A DNA stretch of 32,423 bases, taken from the IMG/VR virus record IMGVR_UViG_3300045988_079407. One strand, given 5' to 3'. The position numbers and the translations under genes are program-made. This document shows positions 1 through 11,486 of this stretch, piece after piece (the first letter of the stretch is position 1; each line of letters begins with the position of its first letter). This DNA is from a virus. Its lineage: Duplodnaviria > Heunggongvirae > Uroviricota > Caudoviricetes. Below the pieces are notes generated by a model. That model ran no database searches. It was not told the DNA's origin and saw nothing but the letters and a program-made list of their open reading frames with translations.

Positions 1-557
1 TTTTTCTGTAATGCGCCAGAAGCCTGATTTACCGTTTCCTGTAAACCGAGGTTTTGGATAAACAGCGGCTTATTGGGAATATCTGCTCCGTTCCGCTCTT
101 TTGCCAGACGGGCATTGGCATTATCCATCGCAATTTTCACCGCTTTTGCGGTGGCTGCCAGCGTTTCACTGGGGCTGTCAGTGGCACTGGTTAGCTGAAC
201 GAGTCCTTTTTTGTTCAGGCTGGCATCATAGATATCCAGATTTTCACGTGCTGTACGCTGTGCTGATGCCCCGGCAGTTTTAATTTCGCTGAGGTTATTT
301 TTTATCAGAAGCGCGTTCTTGTTCATGATGGCTTTAATGGACAGTGCAAGCTGGTTTAATTTTGTTTTATCCGGTTGAATACCGGCTTCTTCCAGCGTGT
401 TTAATAACTCCGCCTGCACAATATTAAACCAGTCCATGCCGGGCCATGTGATAACATTATTCCCGTCACCTTCTGAAAACCAGCGAACGATAGCACTACG
501 CTGGGCGGATACGGGCGGCATGACGGTTACGCCGCTGTCGTTATCAATATAAAACAT
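1..557 (-). CDS. S: Tail fibre protein, N-terminal part; partial, C-terminus beyond window start
   Basis: Minus-strand ATG at 555..557 shares one base with the stop of the upstream gene (TAATG). Translation begins MFYIDNDSGVTV and stays open to position 1. Position after the baseplate genes matches Mu S. Confidence 0.7.
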   Translation of the reverse strand, partial: MFYIDNDSGVTVMPPVSAQRSAIVRWFSEGDGNNVITWPGMDWFNIVQAELLNTLEEAGIQPDKTKLNQLALSIKAIMNKNALLIKNNLSEIKTAGASAQRTARENLDIYDASLNKKGLVQLTSATDSPSETLAATAKAVKIAMDNANARLAKERNGADIPNKPLFIQNLGLQETVNQASGALQK

Positions 558-1099
558 TAGTTATCTCCGTCATGGTAAACAAATTTATAAATCTGATGTG
601 CGGGTTTATATTTCTCCAGTAAACATTCCAGCGCACCCGATTCATAAACACGTAACGGCGTCAGAACATTATCCAGCACCGTTGCGTTGCGATAATTTTT
701 AATACCGTAAATATTGACCTGCGTAACCCACTGGCCTTCTGTGGAATCCGTCAGCCTGACGGTAAAACCGTACTGCGCAGCCAGCCATTCATAAAAGCGC
801 CGACTCAGATTGCCGGTCATACGCATTTTATTCGCGGCAGCCCGCTGGCGTTCGGACAGGGTGCCGTTTTCGCTTGTACAGTCCGGCAACCCCAGAAATG
901 ATTCCCACTCCCCCAGATACCAGCGGGATGTGGAAGGGAAACGCTCCCGCAGCATTTGCCGCGCATCATCCGCCGCAGTGGCAATCACGTCGCTGATGGC
1001 CTGCGCCAGCGCAGATAATTTGCTGTCGGGGCTTTTATTCCAGGCAAGCCCTGACGGCAGTAATTGCAGAAAGGCCGTCTGATAGGGTGTTACAGCCAT
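557..1099 (-). CDS. Mu gp48-like tail/baseplate protein (180 aa)
   Basis: ORF in the track; overlaps the upstream gene by 10 nt; synteny between the baseplate J-like gene and the tail-fibre gene. Confidence 0.65.
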   Translation of the reverse strand: MAVTPYQTAFLQLLPSGLAWNKSPDSKLSALAQAISDVIATAADDARQMLRERFPSTSRWYLGEWESFLGLPDCTSENGTLSERQRAAANKMRMTGNLSRRFYEWLAAQYGFTVRLTDSTEGQWVTQVNIYGIKNYRNATVLDNVLTPLRVYESGALECLLEKYKPAHQIYKFVYHDGDN

Positions 1100-2172
1100 T
1101 CAATTGTCCCCGGTGTTAACAGTTCCGTATTCTCCGAACGCTGGATCTCTGTCGGGAAACGCACTTCAAAATCATCCAGACCGGTAACACCTGCCACCGC
1201 ACGGATAATACGGGAGGGGGCAAGTGCGCCGCCCGGCGTCACCTCATTAAAAAACATGGTATTAATGGCGTGAGTAATAGCCTGTTTCAGTTCGGCTGTC
1301 TTCGGTGATATATAAATCCGTGGATTTACCGGCTTTGCCTTTGGCGCAAATACCGTGACATTTACACCATCAGGCTGTCCGACAATCAGACCAGTGATCG
1401 GGTCAGTATGACCGGCGATATAATCTGCCACACGTTCCACATCTGCCGGTTGTGGAAAAATATTGCTCCGGTTATCCATAACAAACGTCACCCCGACTGT
1501 GCCACCGCCTTTCCATGTCGGAAAACACCAGGCACGGGTAACGCCGCTGACTTCACGCGCCCAGCGAACATAATCAAACTGATTACCGCCGAACGGAGGA
1601 TACTGGACACGATATTCCAGCCGTGACAGCAGCTCCGCTGCACTCTCAATATCAGCCCCACCGGAAAACCCTTTTACAGTGATGGCATCGGAAACAACAC
1701 AGGCAACCGGGGTGATCAACGTTAAAAGGGTATTCTCACCGGTATTTCCTGCTTCACCGGCAGCCAGTGCGGTAACGGTAATTTCCGTCGTTCCTGCACG
1801 GTCAATCACAATGGCATCAGCCAGGCTGTAAACCACACCATCAGCACGCTGCCAGCGTGTACCGGCAGGAATGGTGGTCGCTGCCGATGTGGTAACAGTC
1901 AGCGGGCCGCTGGCGGCTGTCGCCTGTTTGCGGCGCACGCCCCAGAACCGGCAGTGCTCCAGCAACTCATCTTCATCTGCTGTCGACGGGATAATCTGCC
2001 GTCCAACCCATGAAATATGCTCGTGACAACCGGCAGCAAGGCCTGCCTGAGCATAAGCAATGGCACTCAGCGTTTTTTCACGGGCCTGAGGCCAGCTACC
2101 CGGCAGGCGCTGTTCAATATTCTGTTCTGTACGGGCAATCAGCGATGATAATGTCGGTGGTGAATAAGCCAT
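1090..2172 (-). CDS. Baseplate J-like protein (Mu gp47-like, 360 aa)
   Basis: Size and position in the baseplate block; start abuts the stop of the upstream 145-aa gene. Confidence 0.75.
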   Translation of the reverse strand: MAYSPPTLSSLIARTEQNIEQRLPGSWPQAREKTLSAIAYAQAGLAAGCHEHISWVGRQIIPSTADEDELLEHCRFWGVRRKQATAASGPLTVTTSAATTIPAGTRWQRADGVVYSLADAIVIDRAGTTEITVTALAAGEAGNTGENTLLTLITPVACVVSDAITVKGFSGGADIESAAELLSRLEYRVQYPPFGGNQFDYVRWAREVSGVTRAWCFPTWKGGGTVGVTFVMDNRSNIFPQPADVERVADYIAGHTDPITGLIVGQPDGVNVTVFAPKAKPVNPRIYISPKTAELKQAITHAINTMFFNEVTPGGALAPSRIIRAVAGVTGLDDFEVRFPTEIQRSENTELLTPGTIEWL

Positions 2173-2610
2173 TTAAACCCCGTTAAATGCTGCTTTAAAC
2201 TCATAAGGAATAACGGAACCATCCGGTAATGTCAGTGCAATGTAGAGGTATAACCAGCCCTGATGTAACTGTTCCGCTCTGACGTTAATCGCACTTACCC
2301 GGCCCGCTGTTTTCAGCCATTCCAGCGCCTCTTCGGCATACCCTCTGGCGCGTTCCAGCGTATCCGGTGTGGCTTTTTCACGTGATAACAGCCACAACCG
2401 CGAACCGATGGGGCGGTCGCGGTAACTGTCACCCCACCATCCACGGCGATCATCTGAACCATCCGGCAGCGTGTCAGAATCCAGCGCGCGCCGGTCGGTA
2501 AACAGGGAGATTGTCACATCGGTCGTCAGACTGTCGTCGGTCAGCATATCAATGCCATCCTGTGCAATATCGCCGCGTCCGTTCGTCCAGATAATGGCTA
2601 AATCGGTCAT
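2173..2610 (-). CDS. Mu gp46-like baseplate protein (145 aa)
   Basis: ORF in the track; overlaps the upstream gene by 4 nt; synteny. Confidence 0.65.
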   Translation of the reverse strand: MTDLAIIWTNGRGDIAQDGIDMLTDDSLTTDVTISLFTDRRALDSDTLPDGSDDRRGWWGDSYRDRPIGSRLWLLSREKATPDTLERARGYAEEALEWLKTAGRVSAINVRAEQLHQGWLYLYIALTLPDGSVIPYEFKAAFNGV

Positions 2611-3200
2611 TGCATCGGCCCCGTGGTTCCGCCGCTGTCGCCGCGGTGGATATGCTTATCCGTCGATTTGCCATTGATGATGGCATCCGGGGCAGTAATA
2701 TTGCTGTCGAACTGGCTTTTACCTTTAACGCCCAGACCTTTCTGGATCTCAACGTCGCCGGTAAACGTGGTTCTGGGTGTATCAACGGTCATGCTTTCAT
2801 CAGCGTAAATCTCAACCGTTTTACAGGTAATGATGCAGCGCCCGTCCTTTGTCAGCCTGATACGATGCCCCTCGTGGTGGTAAATGCCTGCATCACCCGG
2901 TTCAAGATTTGTCGGGCGGTAGCGGCGGTCTTCCACCACAACGGCAATCCCCTGATCACGTTGTGCACCCACACAGGCAATCAGCGCCTCTGCGCCCGGC
3001 AGAGGAACGCTGAAATGCCCGTAATTTTGCAGGCGCTCCACTTCATCAGATTCCTCATCATCCAGCAGACCGACCTGCAGGTTCTGAACCTTTCGCCCGT
3101 CGTTAATCACGTTAACAACGGCACGCGCAAGCATCAGACGCACACGACGCATCAGCGGTGTCAGCAGGCGGTTCATGGCGGAATCATTTACTCTTTCCAC
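2607..3200 (-). CDS. Baseplate assembly protein V-like spike (Mu gp45-like, 197 aa)
   Basis: Size and position; Gly-rich C-terminus (GDSGGTTGP) typical of P2 gpV-like spike proteins. Confidence 0.7.
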   Translation of the reverse strand: MERVNDSAMNRLLTPLMRRVRLMLARAVVNVINDGRKVQNLQVGLLDDEESDEVERLQNYGHFSVPLPGAEALIACVGAQRDQGIAVVVEDRRYRPTNLEPGDAGIYHHEGHRIRLTKDGRCIITCKTVEIYADESMTVDTPRTTFTGDVEIQKGLGVKGKSQFDSNITAPDAIINGKSTDKHIHRGDSGGTTGPMQ

Positions 3201-4327
3201 GGCGGCGTTTTCTCCGGGTGTCTGCGATAATAATCTTCAACCAGCGCATCAATACCGCCGTTACTGTCGCCGCCTTTCCTGTTTTTACGGTCGCTTTCAA
3301 CCGGCACCAGAAAGCCTTCGCGTGGTGCAAGGCTGACGCGGGTTTTCAGCCCGTCCTGGTCATTCAGTATCAGGGTGACTTTGCTGACCAGTAATTCCGT
3401 GGTTTTGATGGCATATTTCGAGGCATCAATAGTGACCAGCAGGTTCGGCATCCAGAGTTGCCCGTCCTTGCGTGTCCATCCGTCAATTTCTGCCTCAAAG
3501 GTGATGGATTTTGCCAGTCTGCGGCGTTGCTCACGCAGGGCGCGGGCCTGTGCATCCTTCGCCGTAATTTTGCTGTCGGCAATGATGATCATCGGTCTGT
3601 AACGGGTCACATCACTGTCAGTGGCGGTCCCTTTCCGGGAGACGATACTTTTCGCATCAATATCGTCACCCTCAGCACCGTTTGCGCGGGCATACCCCTT
3701 GACGGTGTATTCGCTGAACCGGTCGCGGAAGTCTTCCTCAAAATCCAGTGTCAGCAGATTTTCTCCGAGAACCAGCTCATCAGTTGCTGTGCTGGCAGCC
3801 CGGCTGAATACCAGCTCTCCTGCGGCATTGCTGGTCATCAGTACACCGCGTGCGCGGGAGGCACGCACCAGCGCCTCATAAACGGTTTCTGAATGGTCCA
3901 GCGTGAAGCCGGGAAAAGCTGCCGAACTTTCCTTATCGGAAAGCTCCCAGCGAACGGTAACGCCATAAGGGGCGCTCAGGTCACGCGCAATCTGCTCCAG
4001 TGTGCGGTTTTTCCACTGTCCGCCACTGTAAACGGCAGCACAGTCAATCAGGTCAGCCGTTTTGTCACGTCCGGCGACAGTGATTTTCATGCTGTCAGCG
4101 GTCATCTGGCGTCGCCGTGAATCGATATAACCGGTGCAGACAATCTGCCCCTCGATTTCGAGCGTGAACTTCTTCCCCGGTGCCAGCCCGGATAAATCCG
4201 TGCCCGGTGGCACGTTCACCCCCAGCTCAAAATATCCGGCTACGGATTCAATCGAGCGGGTGACAGAGACTGACGTCCAGCCGGTAAAAAGCCTGCCATC
4301 CGTTCGCAGCGTGACGGTATTACTCAT
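3188..4327 (-). CDS. P: Tail/baseplate hub protein (Mu P-like, 379 aa)
   Basis: 379 aa, directly downstream of and overlapping the N-like gene; matches Mu P in size and order. Confidence 0.75.
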   Translation of the reverse strand: MSNTVTLRTDGRLFTGWTSVSVTRSIESVAGYFELGVNVPPGTDLSGLAPGKKFTLEIEGQIVCTGYIDSRRRQMTADSMKITVAGRDKTADLIDCAAVYSGGQWKNRTLEQIARDLSAPYGVTVRWELSDKESSAAFPGFTLDHSETVYEALVRASRARGVLMTSNAAGELVFSRAASTATDELVLGENLLTLDFEEDFRDRFSEYTVKGYARANGAEGDDIDAKSIVSRKGTATDSDVTRYRPMIIIADSKITAKDAQARALREQRRRLAKSITFEAEIDGWTRKDGQLWMPNLLVTIDASKYAIKTTELLVSKVTLILNDQDGLKTRVSLAPREGFLVPVESDRKNRKGGDSNGGIDALVEDYYRRHPEKTPPWKE

Positions 4328-5807
4328 TAATCACCTCAATACTGACGCCACCGGGAACAAACAACGGGTTGCTGATACCGTTCCTGCGGGCCAGCCGTTG
4401 CCAGTTCCGGCTGTTTCCTGTGTAACGGTACAGGGCCACCATTGCAGGCATCGTCTCCGGCAGGCGGTGCATTTCACTGCCCGCCAGTTGCAGCCCGCGT
4501 TTTTCCAGGTCGGCAACAACCAGCAGACGCAGTTGCGTAAGCTGAACGCTGTCTGTCGAAAAGCCCTGCTCAGATGCCGTCAGAATGACGGTATCCAGTG
4601 CAGCCCCCAGCATGGCGGCTGTTTTTCCGATATCGGACACACTTTCAAATACCGGGGGCGTGGCTGTACCACTGTCTGAAAAGGATACCTGTGAAAAGCC
4701 GCCGTCCGGGGTTATGGCAGTTAACTGTAACTGTCCCTGTGTGACGGTAGCAGATGTGCTGCTGGCCCCGCTGGCTGTGCCGGTTGTGGTGGACGGGGCA
4801 TCCAGTACAGGTGCACGGGCGGCATTATCCATCCGGCGACTGAAATCCAGTGCCGCAGTCAGTGCCTGGCTGGCAGCTTCTGCCCGGTATGTCTGCGCCG
4901 CTGCCAGCATGACGTAGTTCAGTGTGGCAATATTTTTTTCTGCAACCGGACTGTTGTACGAGGTTGTGATTGTCCCCTGTCTGCCTGCGGTGGCGGCATG
5001 GCGACGTTCGAATCGCTGCGCCAGACGGTTCCATGTGGAAAATGCTGTCCGGGTATCGCATAACGATGAAACGCCGGACAGCGCCCCCATCAGCGAGGAG
5101 GCCAGCATGGCAGGCTGGTTAATCAGGCTGGTCACAGAGCCTTTCATCGCAGAAAGCGATCCCATCAGACCGCTGACAGTCTGCGTAACCCCCAGATTGT
5201 CCACCGCATCACTGATATCATCGATGACACCGGTTACAGCTTCCATCACGGCGGTTGCCGCCGCAGTGCCATCTTTTACAGTCTGCCAGACAGAGGACAG
5301 CGTATCTCCCAGAGAACCGGTTACAGCAACGGCCTGTGCCGGTACGGCTGCACTGGTGTCTGTCTCTGCGTCCGGGGCTGTATCCTGCAACGACGGATAA
5401 ACGGTAACGGTGAACGCGTAATAATTCAGTTCATCCGCTTTAGTGCGGCATTCCCATGAATCCACCATGACGTCCACAGTGCCGAAATCAGGATGTACCA
5501 GCTCACCGCTACCCGGAGCATCAAGAGCATCCATCAGCGCACCCGCTTCATCTCTGGCTGTTTCTGCGTTGCTGTTCAGAATGCAGGCGCTGAATGTACG
5601 GGAGCGAAGCTTTTTCCCCAGGTCATTGACGCCGCCGGTATCACGTAACGGGTACTCGCGTTTAACCAGGCGACGTCCGCCAGCCTGTTTTTGCTCCTCG
5701 ATGACGAGAAACGGCACGTTACGGAACGTGCCTTTGCCGGTTGTTTTCCTGCCTCCACCGGTTTTATCCCGGACAGCATTAACGGCATTTAAAGCATCTT
5801 CAAACAT
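4320..5807 (-). CDS. N: DNA circularization protein N-like tail protein (495 aa)
   Basis: 495 aa, immediately downstream of the tape measure gene, as in Mu. Confidence 0.75.
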   Translation of the reverse strand: MFEDALNAVNAVRDKTGGGRKTTGKGTFRNVPFLVIEEQKQAGGRRLVKREYPLRDTGGVNDLGKKLRSRTFSACILNSNAETARDEAGALMDALDAPGSGELVHPDFGTVDVMVDSWECRTKADELNYYAFTVTVYPSLQDTAPDAETDTSAAVPAQAVAVTGSLGDTLSSVWQTVKDGTAAATAVMEAVTGVIDDISDAVDNLGVTQTVSGLMGSLSAMKGSVTSLINQPAMLASSLMGALSGVSSLCDTRTAFSTWNRLAQRFERRHAATAGRQGTITTSYNSPVAEKNIATLNYVMLAAAQTYRAEAASQALTAALDFSRRMDNAARAPVLDAPSTTTGTASGASSTSATVTQGQLQLTAITPDGGFSQVSFSDSGTATPPVFESVSDIGKTAAMLGAALDTVILTASEQGFSTDSVQLTQLRLLVVADLEKRGLQLAGSEMHRLPETMPAMVALYRYTGNSRNWQRLARRNGISNPLFVPGGVSIEVINE

Positions 5808-5811
5808 GGTT

Positions 5812-7884
5812 TTACCAGCCCGTAATGTAGTTATCGCCCGCGTAAATATTCAGCCCCATACCGTCCTCGGTGACGCGGGAACTGGTCAGACGTAACCCCT
5901 CGCCAAGTTCGACGCGCAGCGAGGCTTCCGCATTCACTTTTTGCTCCTGCGGCTCCTTATCCGGGGCCGTCCATTTCTGATACAGGTCGGTTACAAAACC
6001 GCCCAGATACTCCCCGGCGACACTGCCCAGCGTGGCACCGGCAACCGTACCCAGCGGTCCGGCAAGGCTGCCAACGGCACCGCCGAGCCATGCACCGGCT
6101 GTACTGCCAATTGCGCCTGCTTTTTCATGGGTTGACGCCTGCTCATCCATCAGGACGGGGGCAAGCTGTAGTGCCCCCATTACCGGGCCACCCAGACGTG
6201 ACAACGCACGACCGGCACCTTTCCCCATCCAGCCCAGCGCCCCGGCACCTTTCGTCACAACCCGACCGATCACACTGCCTGAAAGTTTGTTTCCGATACC
6301 GGAAAACCACCCGCCAACAGCACGCCCGGCATCAGCCAGCTTTCCGACCGTTCCCGTAACCAGTTGCCCGGCAGCACTGCCTGCAAGCCTGCTCAGAAGA
6401 CCGGATTTACCGGGTAAAGGTAATGGTGCAGGCCGTGCCGTTACCGGTACGCCGGGTGGGGGTAATGCCAGTACAGGGCGTGGTGCAGGTAATGCCAGCG
6501 GCTGTGGCCCGGACAGCAATAACGGCTGGCGGGGTAACAGCGGGGCCATTCTTCCGCCGCTCCGTACGCGACGACCGCCGCCACTCCTGTAGCCACCAAA
6601 TCCACGGGGCCAGTTGATGACAAACACACGCTGAATGCCGATACCCTGCAACAGCGTCTCAGACGTCATGGCATCCGGGACCGGCAGACCTGCCTGCCCA
6701 CGTTTGCGGTTTCGCATCCAGCGCCACATACGACGCCCGGTTTTAAACGGATAACTGGCAACCTGCCATGAGGGTTTTGCCACGGCCCAGCCTGCTCTCA
6801 GGGCTTTATTGGCAAGCCAGACAGACACCAGAACAGCAGCCAGTTTTTTCAGGCTGACAATATTCTGGTCAACCCATGCCAGCGCATCTTTACCCGGTTT
6901 CAGCCAGCGCCATAATTCCTGTGCCGCGATTTTTACCGTTCTGAACGTGGTCAGAAATTTCTGACCAATGTTTTCTGCCAGTGCATCAAGTTCCCCGGAT
7001 TTATCCGCCATGTCGTGCCAGTTAAGCACCCGGCGCATCTCGTTCTTGATTTCTTCAAAGGGGCCGCTGTTTGCCACCTTTATGCGAAATTCAAGCAGGT
7101 TAGCTTCCATCTGGGCGAACATCCCGTCCCAGGAGTTCATCGCACTGGCCTGTGCACCTTTTGACTGTTCTGACAGCGTTCTGAATACCGTCAGAATGGA
7201 TTTCAGGCCCAGCTTGCCTTTTTCACCTTGTTTGCGGATATCCTTAACGTCTTTACCCAGTGCATCCGCCAGCGTCTGGTAAACGTTAATACCGTAACCG
7301 GTCAGCAGGTTGGCATCCGCCGCTGTGATTTGCTGGCGGGCAAACATCTGTTTCAGTTGCAGTGAGGCACCCTGTGCAGTGGGTAAATCCCAGCCGTGCA
7401 TGGCCCCCTGATCCTGCAACATGGTGATGAACTGTTTCGTCTGTTCATCCGTCATGCCGAAGCCTTTTGACGAACGGATCTCATCCAGAACACCACTCAG
7501 CCCCCACGTGGTGTCCTTCGCGTTCTGCTTTGCCCAGGCCATCATGGCCTGCGCTCTGACCTTATCGCCGTGATACAGCGAGTTCATGGCGATAATCTGT
7601 TGCTCACGCTGGGCGGCTGCACCAATAAACAGTTTATTGGCGGTGTAACCCACGCCAGCGATACCCAGCGCCCCGGCTGACAGCATTCGGAATGTACGGG
7701 TTGACAGAGAACCCATTCTGTCAATGGCACCAGAAACGCGCACAACCTCCATACGCAGGGCACGAAGGGAACTTTGCCCGCTACGGGACAGGGCGTTTAT
7801 CTGGTTCGAATACTGGCGGGAACGCCGGGAAAGATTGCCATTAAGATCAATAATGACAGACGCCTTTAAGCGTTTCCCGGTCAT
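5812..7884 (-). CDS. Tail tape measure protein (about 690 aa from the ATG at 7884)
   Basis: Long ORF with a helical N-terminal half, a Pro-rich linker ([33 protein letters not shown]) and a Gly/Ala-rich hydrophobic C-terminus. The internal ATG at 7884 (MTGKRLK) has an AGGAAA Shine-Dalgarno about 9 nt upstream; the track ATG at 7977 has none, so the start is uncertain. Confidence 0.8.
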   Translation of the reverse strand: MTGKRLKASVIIDLNGNLSRRSRQYSNQINALSRSGQSSLRALRMEVVRVSGAIDRMGSLSTRTFRMLSAGALGIAGVGYTANKLFIGAAAQREQQIIAMNSLYHGDKVRAQAMMAWAKQNAKDTTWGLSGVLDEIRSSKGFGMTDEQTKQFITMLQDQGAMHGWDLPTAQGASLQLKQMFARQQITAADANLLTGYGINVYQTLADALGKDVKDIRKQGEKGKLGLKSILTVFRTLSEQSKGAQASAMNSWDGMFAQMEANLLEFRIKVANSGPFEEIKNEMRRVLNWHDMADKSGELDALAENIGQKFLTTFRTVKIAAQELWRWLKPGKDALAWVDQNIVSLKKLAAVLVSVWLANKALRAGWAVAKPSWQVASYPFKTGRRMWRWMRNRKRGQAGLPVPDAMTSETLLQGIGIQRVFVINWPRGFGGYRSGGGRRVRSGGRMAPLLPRQPLLLSGPQPLALPAPRPVLALPPPGVPVTARPAPLPLPGKSGLLSRLAGSAAGQLVTGTVGKLADAGRAVGGWFSGIGNKLSGSVIGRVVTKGAGALGWMGKGAGRALSRLGGPVMGALQLAPVLMDEQASTHEKAGAIGSTAGAWLGGAVGSLAGPLGTVAGATLGSVAGEYLGGFVTDLYQKWTAPDKEPQEQKVNAEASLRVELGEGLRLTSSRVTEDGMGLNIYAGDNYITGW

Positions 7885-8028
7885 AGAGATTTCCTGATTT
7901 AACGGTGATATTGAGAGAGGGTTTTCGCCTGCTGGCAGTGCCGGAAAAAGCGGGACAGCGGGAGAGACAAGGCCCATTCCGGGCCACTTTTCAGAATAAC
8001 GCCAATCGCTGTCGCCGCTTTCTCAATA

Positions 8029-8463
8029 TCATTCCGGCACCGCAGCCACTCGCCCCCGTTCTTGCGTCAGCGATGCCGCCACAGCCATGTCGTGCATCTC
8101 TGTAGCCAGCGACAGACGCTGGAAGTCATCAACAGACAGCTTGCGCATCAGCGCCAGCGATAACGGGCCTTTGATGCAACCCACGCTGGCAATCTGTCGG
8201 CGCAGCATTTCCAGTCCCATCCGGGACGGGGAACTGACCAGCACCGGGCCTTCCTTGCTCATTACCAGCTTTTCAGCAGCCGCCTGGGCATCAATCAGAT
8301 CGCCTGCGGTCAGTTCACGCAGTGTCACGTCATACTGCATTTCAGTCTCGTCACCGGTGCCGAACGGCAGGCCGTCTTTCAGTTTCAGACCACCGGACTG
8401 AAGCTCAGCCACAATGCTGTCATGCAGTTCCTGTGCTTCAGGACTTAAATTCATTTCGTCCAT
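8029..8463 (-). CDS. Tail assembly chaperone-like protein (Mu gp41-like, 144 aa)
   Basis: Acidic 144-aa ORF between the tube and tape measure genes, the usual chaperone position. Confidence 0.6.
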   Translation of the reverse strand: MDEMNLSPEAQELHDSIVAELQSGGLKLKDGLPFGTGDETEMQYDVTLRELTAGDLIDAQAAAEKLVMSKEGPVLVSSPSRMGLEMLRRQIASVGCIKGPLSLALMRKLSVDDFQRLSLATEMHDMAVAASLTQERGRVAAVPE

Positions 8464-8472
8464 TGTTTCCCC

Positions 8473-8829
8473 TTATGCAATGCGTTTGCTTTGTTTTGCC
8501 ATCAGTACCAGCGAAATTTCGCCGCCGTCGTTTTTCGGTTCATCTGCCTGCCAGGCATTCGCCATCATCCAGGTTTCACCGGTGTCTGCCTGAAACTCTG
8601 CCGTGATGTTTTCCCAGCCGATGATTTCATCCAGACCGATATCACCACCGCCCGGAATTTTGCATTCCAGCTTTGCGGCACGTGGTTTACCTTTCCAGCC
8701 ATAAACCCGCGAGCCGGTCACTTCTTCACGGGTGATGCCGGAAGGCGTGAAGGAGGCCCCTTCCATCGTTTCAAGCTCCATGCCATTGACACGGATGAAC
8801 GCCACCCCCTGACGCTGATTTCCAGCCAT
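8473..8829 (-). CDS. M: Tail tube protein (118 aa)
   Basis: 118 aa directly downstream of the sheath gene; matches Mu M in size and order. Confidence 0.8.
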   Translation of the reverse strand: MAGNQRQGVAFIRVNGMELETMEGASFTPSGITREEVTGSRVYGWKGKPRAAKLECKIPGGGDIGLDEIIGWENITAEFQADTGETWMMANAWQADEPKNDGGEISLVLMAKQSKRIA

Positions 8830-8838
8830 AAATGCTCC

Positions 8839-10326
8839 TTACAGAATGAACTGAACTTGTGCCGCGAAAATGCGGAACTGGTTAATCAGATTCGGGCCGC
8901 ACAGCACATCAAGACGGTCTTTGTCGTCCTTGTTACGTGCTACATACAGCTCCTCTTTGAACGTGTCGAAATCCTCGACCAGTCCGGCGTTTTCCCATTC
9001 TTCAAACAGTGCCAGCAGCTCCGTTTTGATCACGGATGGCGTCACCACGGCCTGACCGGTGGCAAAGCGGGTGCCATCACTTGCCAGCTTATAGTTCGGG
9101 AATTTCTGCGTGATGCGGGTTCGCAGCGAATAACGCAGATAACTCAGCGTGGCGATAGTATTCACGTTCAGATAAGACGGATCACTGTCACCGTACTTGT
9201 TTGTGCGGTACATCGTGATCATGCGTTCAATCTGCATTTCACCACCATCATTCACGTTAAACGTGGAGATGCCGTCAAACAGCAGCGCATTACGTTCTGA
9301 CCAGGTGAAACGATCCCCCACCGCAGGCGGCATTCTTCCGGGCAACGTCAGCGTCTGGAGAGGACGCGCCGGGTCGATGGAAAGCGCCTGGCTGGCAACG
9401 GCACACAGTGTGGCGGCGTACAGGTATGACGGTTCCGGTGCACCGGCAATCCCCATACAGGAGATCAGATGGTCATTACGACTGACACCAAACGTGGAAA
9501 TATCCCCATACGTGCCGGACAGCACTGTCACGGCAAAGCCATCAGCCTGATTGACCGGTCCCCAGCGTTCCTGCAATTCAGTGCGTAACAGATTCAGGTT
9601 CGGTTCATCGGTATAGGGCATCACAATATATTTGTATTGCAGATCGCCCATTCCCGCGATACTTGCGCTGATATCCGGGTTGCCATTTTTCCCGGAGGCG
9701 GCTTTGAATGCCGTGATAATCCCGTAAGGGGTGGTTTCACCCGCGTAATAGTTCCAGCGCACATCCACGGCAGATAATGCACCCGTAAATTTTGCACTCA
9801 GAACCACATCTGCATGGGTGTCATCATCCCCGCTGTCTGCGCGAACTTCTGCCGTCACCGGTAAATCAGGCTGGCCTTTGATTCGGGCAACCAGCAGGTC
9901 AGCCAGCGCCGCTCCCGTTGCACCTGCTGCGACAGATACCGCCAGTCGCTGACCGGCAATGTAAGTCACAAGCGAGCCGTTTTCGCCTGCCGTTCCTGAC
10001 AGTGAAATTTCACCGACAGCAGCATTACCGGTGCCGTTCCCCTGCGGAATACACCACAGCTCCGCCACGCGGTTAGCGTTCAGGAATGCATCTGCCATCA
10101 GTGCCAGCATGGAACCCTGACCAAACGCCGCACTGGCCTGTGAGCCGGAACGGATACGGACAGGCACGTTTGGTGCCGCACTGGCTTTACTTCCGCTTTG
10201 CCCGAACATCAGCACGCGCTGACGGGGTGCCGGTGTTCCGCTGACGGCATTACTGTTATCAAATTCGATATACGTCAGAGGAACGCGAACATCTGACGGG
10301 ATCGCGTTAAATGAAATATCGCTCAT
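8839..10326 (-). CDS. L: Contractile tail sheath protein (495 aa)
   Basis: 495 aa, followed by the tube gene; matches Mu L in size and order. Confidence 0.9.
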
Positions 10327-10529
10327 TTCGATTTACTCCGTTTTTTCGGCGCAGTGTCGGTATCATCCGACGTGTTTTCGGTGCTCCCGACTTCAACCAC
10401 ATCACCGGCTGCAAGGCGACGTATCCAGAAACTGTTACGGGGCTTTTCTTCTCCTTCAGACGCCAGTAATTTCATCGTGAGCGGGTCACGGATGGCTTTT
10501 CCCGCTGCGGGTTTAATTTTCAGCATCAT
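10323..10529 (-). CDS. Small conserved Mu-like protein (gp38-like, 68 aa)
   Basis: Overlaps neighbours on both sides (ATGA-type coupling); synteny. Confidence 0.55.
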
Positions 10530-11061
10530 GATCCTTTTCCTGATTCACATTGATATGTGCGGCAAATTCCGGGGTTTCGTCCGGGAATTTCCAGGTCTGC
10601 CAGTGACGCTCGTAATCATCCAGCGAATCCATGTCCACCACGGACGGCAGCGGGGTAGTGCCACTGAACAGAACGCCGTAAAGCACCACACCTGCATTGA
10701 TACGGTTGTCGTCACAAAGATTTCTGACCTGCGTCAGTCTCATCCCGGTGGTCGGGCCAAACGTCTGACCGTTAACACCGGCAATCAGTCGCTCCACAAT
10801 CTGATAAATACCGGGCCGGTTTACCGGTTCCCCGTTCAGCAACTCCGCCACGACAAAAAATGCCCAGCGACTTTCAACTTCCCGACGCGTACGCCCCTCA
10901 CCACAGCCCATCCATGCCAGAAATACCGATGGCGGGGCCAGAAAGAGACGGTGCACATCCTCGTTAGTCCATGTGCCGGTAAGGGGTTCCACCTGCCGCA
11001 GGGTTGCCCCAAACAACTCACGAACGCGCGCCAGCAGTGCGGCTTCGGTTTCTTCCAGCAT
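10513..11061 (-). CDS. Mu gp37-like head-tail joining/tail completion protein (182 aa)
   Basis: ORF in the track; synteny between head and sheath genes. Confidence 0.6.
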   Translation of the reverse strand: MLEETEAALLARVRELFGATLRQVEPLTGTWTNEDVHRLFLAPPSVFLAWMGCGEGRTRREVESRWAFFVVAELLNGEPVNRPGIYQIVERLIAGVNGQTFGPTTGMRLTQVRNLCDDNRINAGVVLYGVLFSGTTPLPSVVDMDSLDDYERHWQTWKFPDETPEFAAHINVNQEKDHDAEN

Positions 11062-11486
11062 CAGATAAACCCCTTCTGTTTTCGTGAGAAGACCGGCGCG
11101 TCAGACTGCACCTGCACAAGGTTTTCACCATCCGGCGAGGCTGCCGTCCTGCTTTCCACGCCGGGATCTGTTTTGCCATCGCGCACCTGTTCCAGCCAGC
11201 GCACTGTGTCCCTGTAGGCAGCGGTGATCTGCTCGGTGGGTTGTGATTCATTCAGATAAAACCAGGCCACCACGCAACACTGCCGTTTCAGCAGTGAGGG
11301 GACGACGGTAAGCGGCAGAACAAAGCGCGCGGCGAGATAGCCATCAATAAAGGCCGAAGCATCTGCCAGTGCCTGTTCTGCCACGGCATCATCCGGCTGC
11401 CCGTCCGCTGTTTTAGGGCGGGTGAGAATATCCAGCCGCGTACGTGTATAGCGGGCGCACAGGTCATTTACCGTCGCGTAATTCAT
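11061..11486 (-). CDS. Mu gp36-like neck/connector protein (141 aa)
   Basis: ORF in the track; synteny. Confidence 0.6.
   Translation of the reverse strand: MNYATVNDLCARYTRTRLDILTRPKTADGQPDDAVAEQALADASAFIDGYLAARFVLPLTVVPSLLKRQCCVVAWFYLNESQPTEQITAAYRDTVRWLEQVRDGKTDPGVESRTAASPDGENLVQVQSDAPVFSRKQKGFI

Noticed and set aside
101-283. 60-aa plus-strand ORF
   Set aside because: Lies inside the minus-strand tail-fibre gene; Trp/His-rich shadow ORF.
7885-8060. Programmed -1 frameshift joining the tail chaperone to a downstream extension
   Set aside because: The downstream open stretch is in the same frame as the chaperone ORF and separated from it by two stop codons, and I found no slippery heptamer by eye. 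Not excluded in other frames, but not supported.
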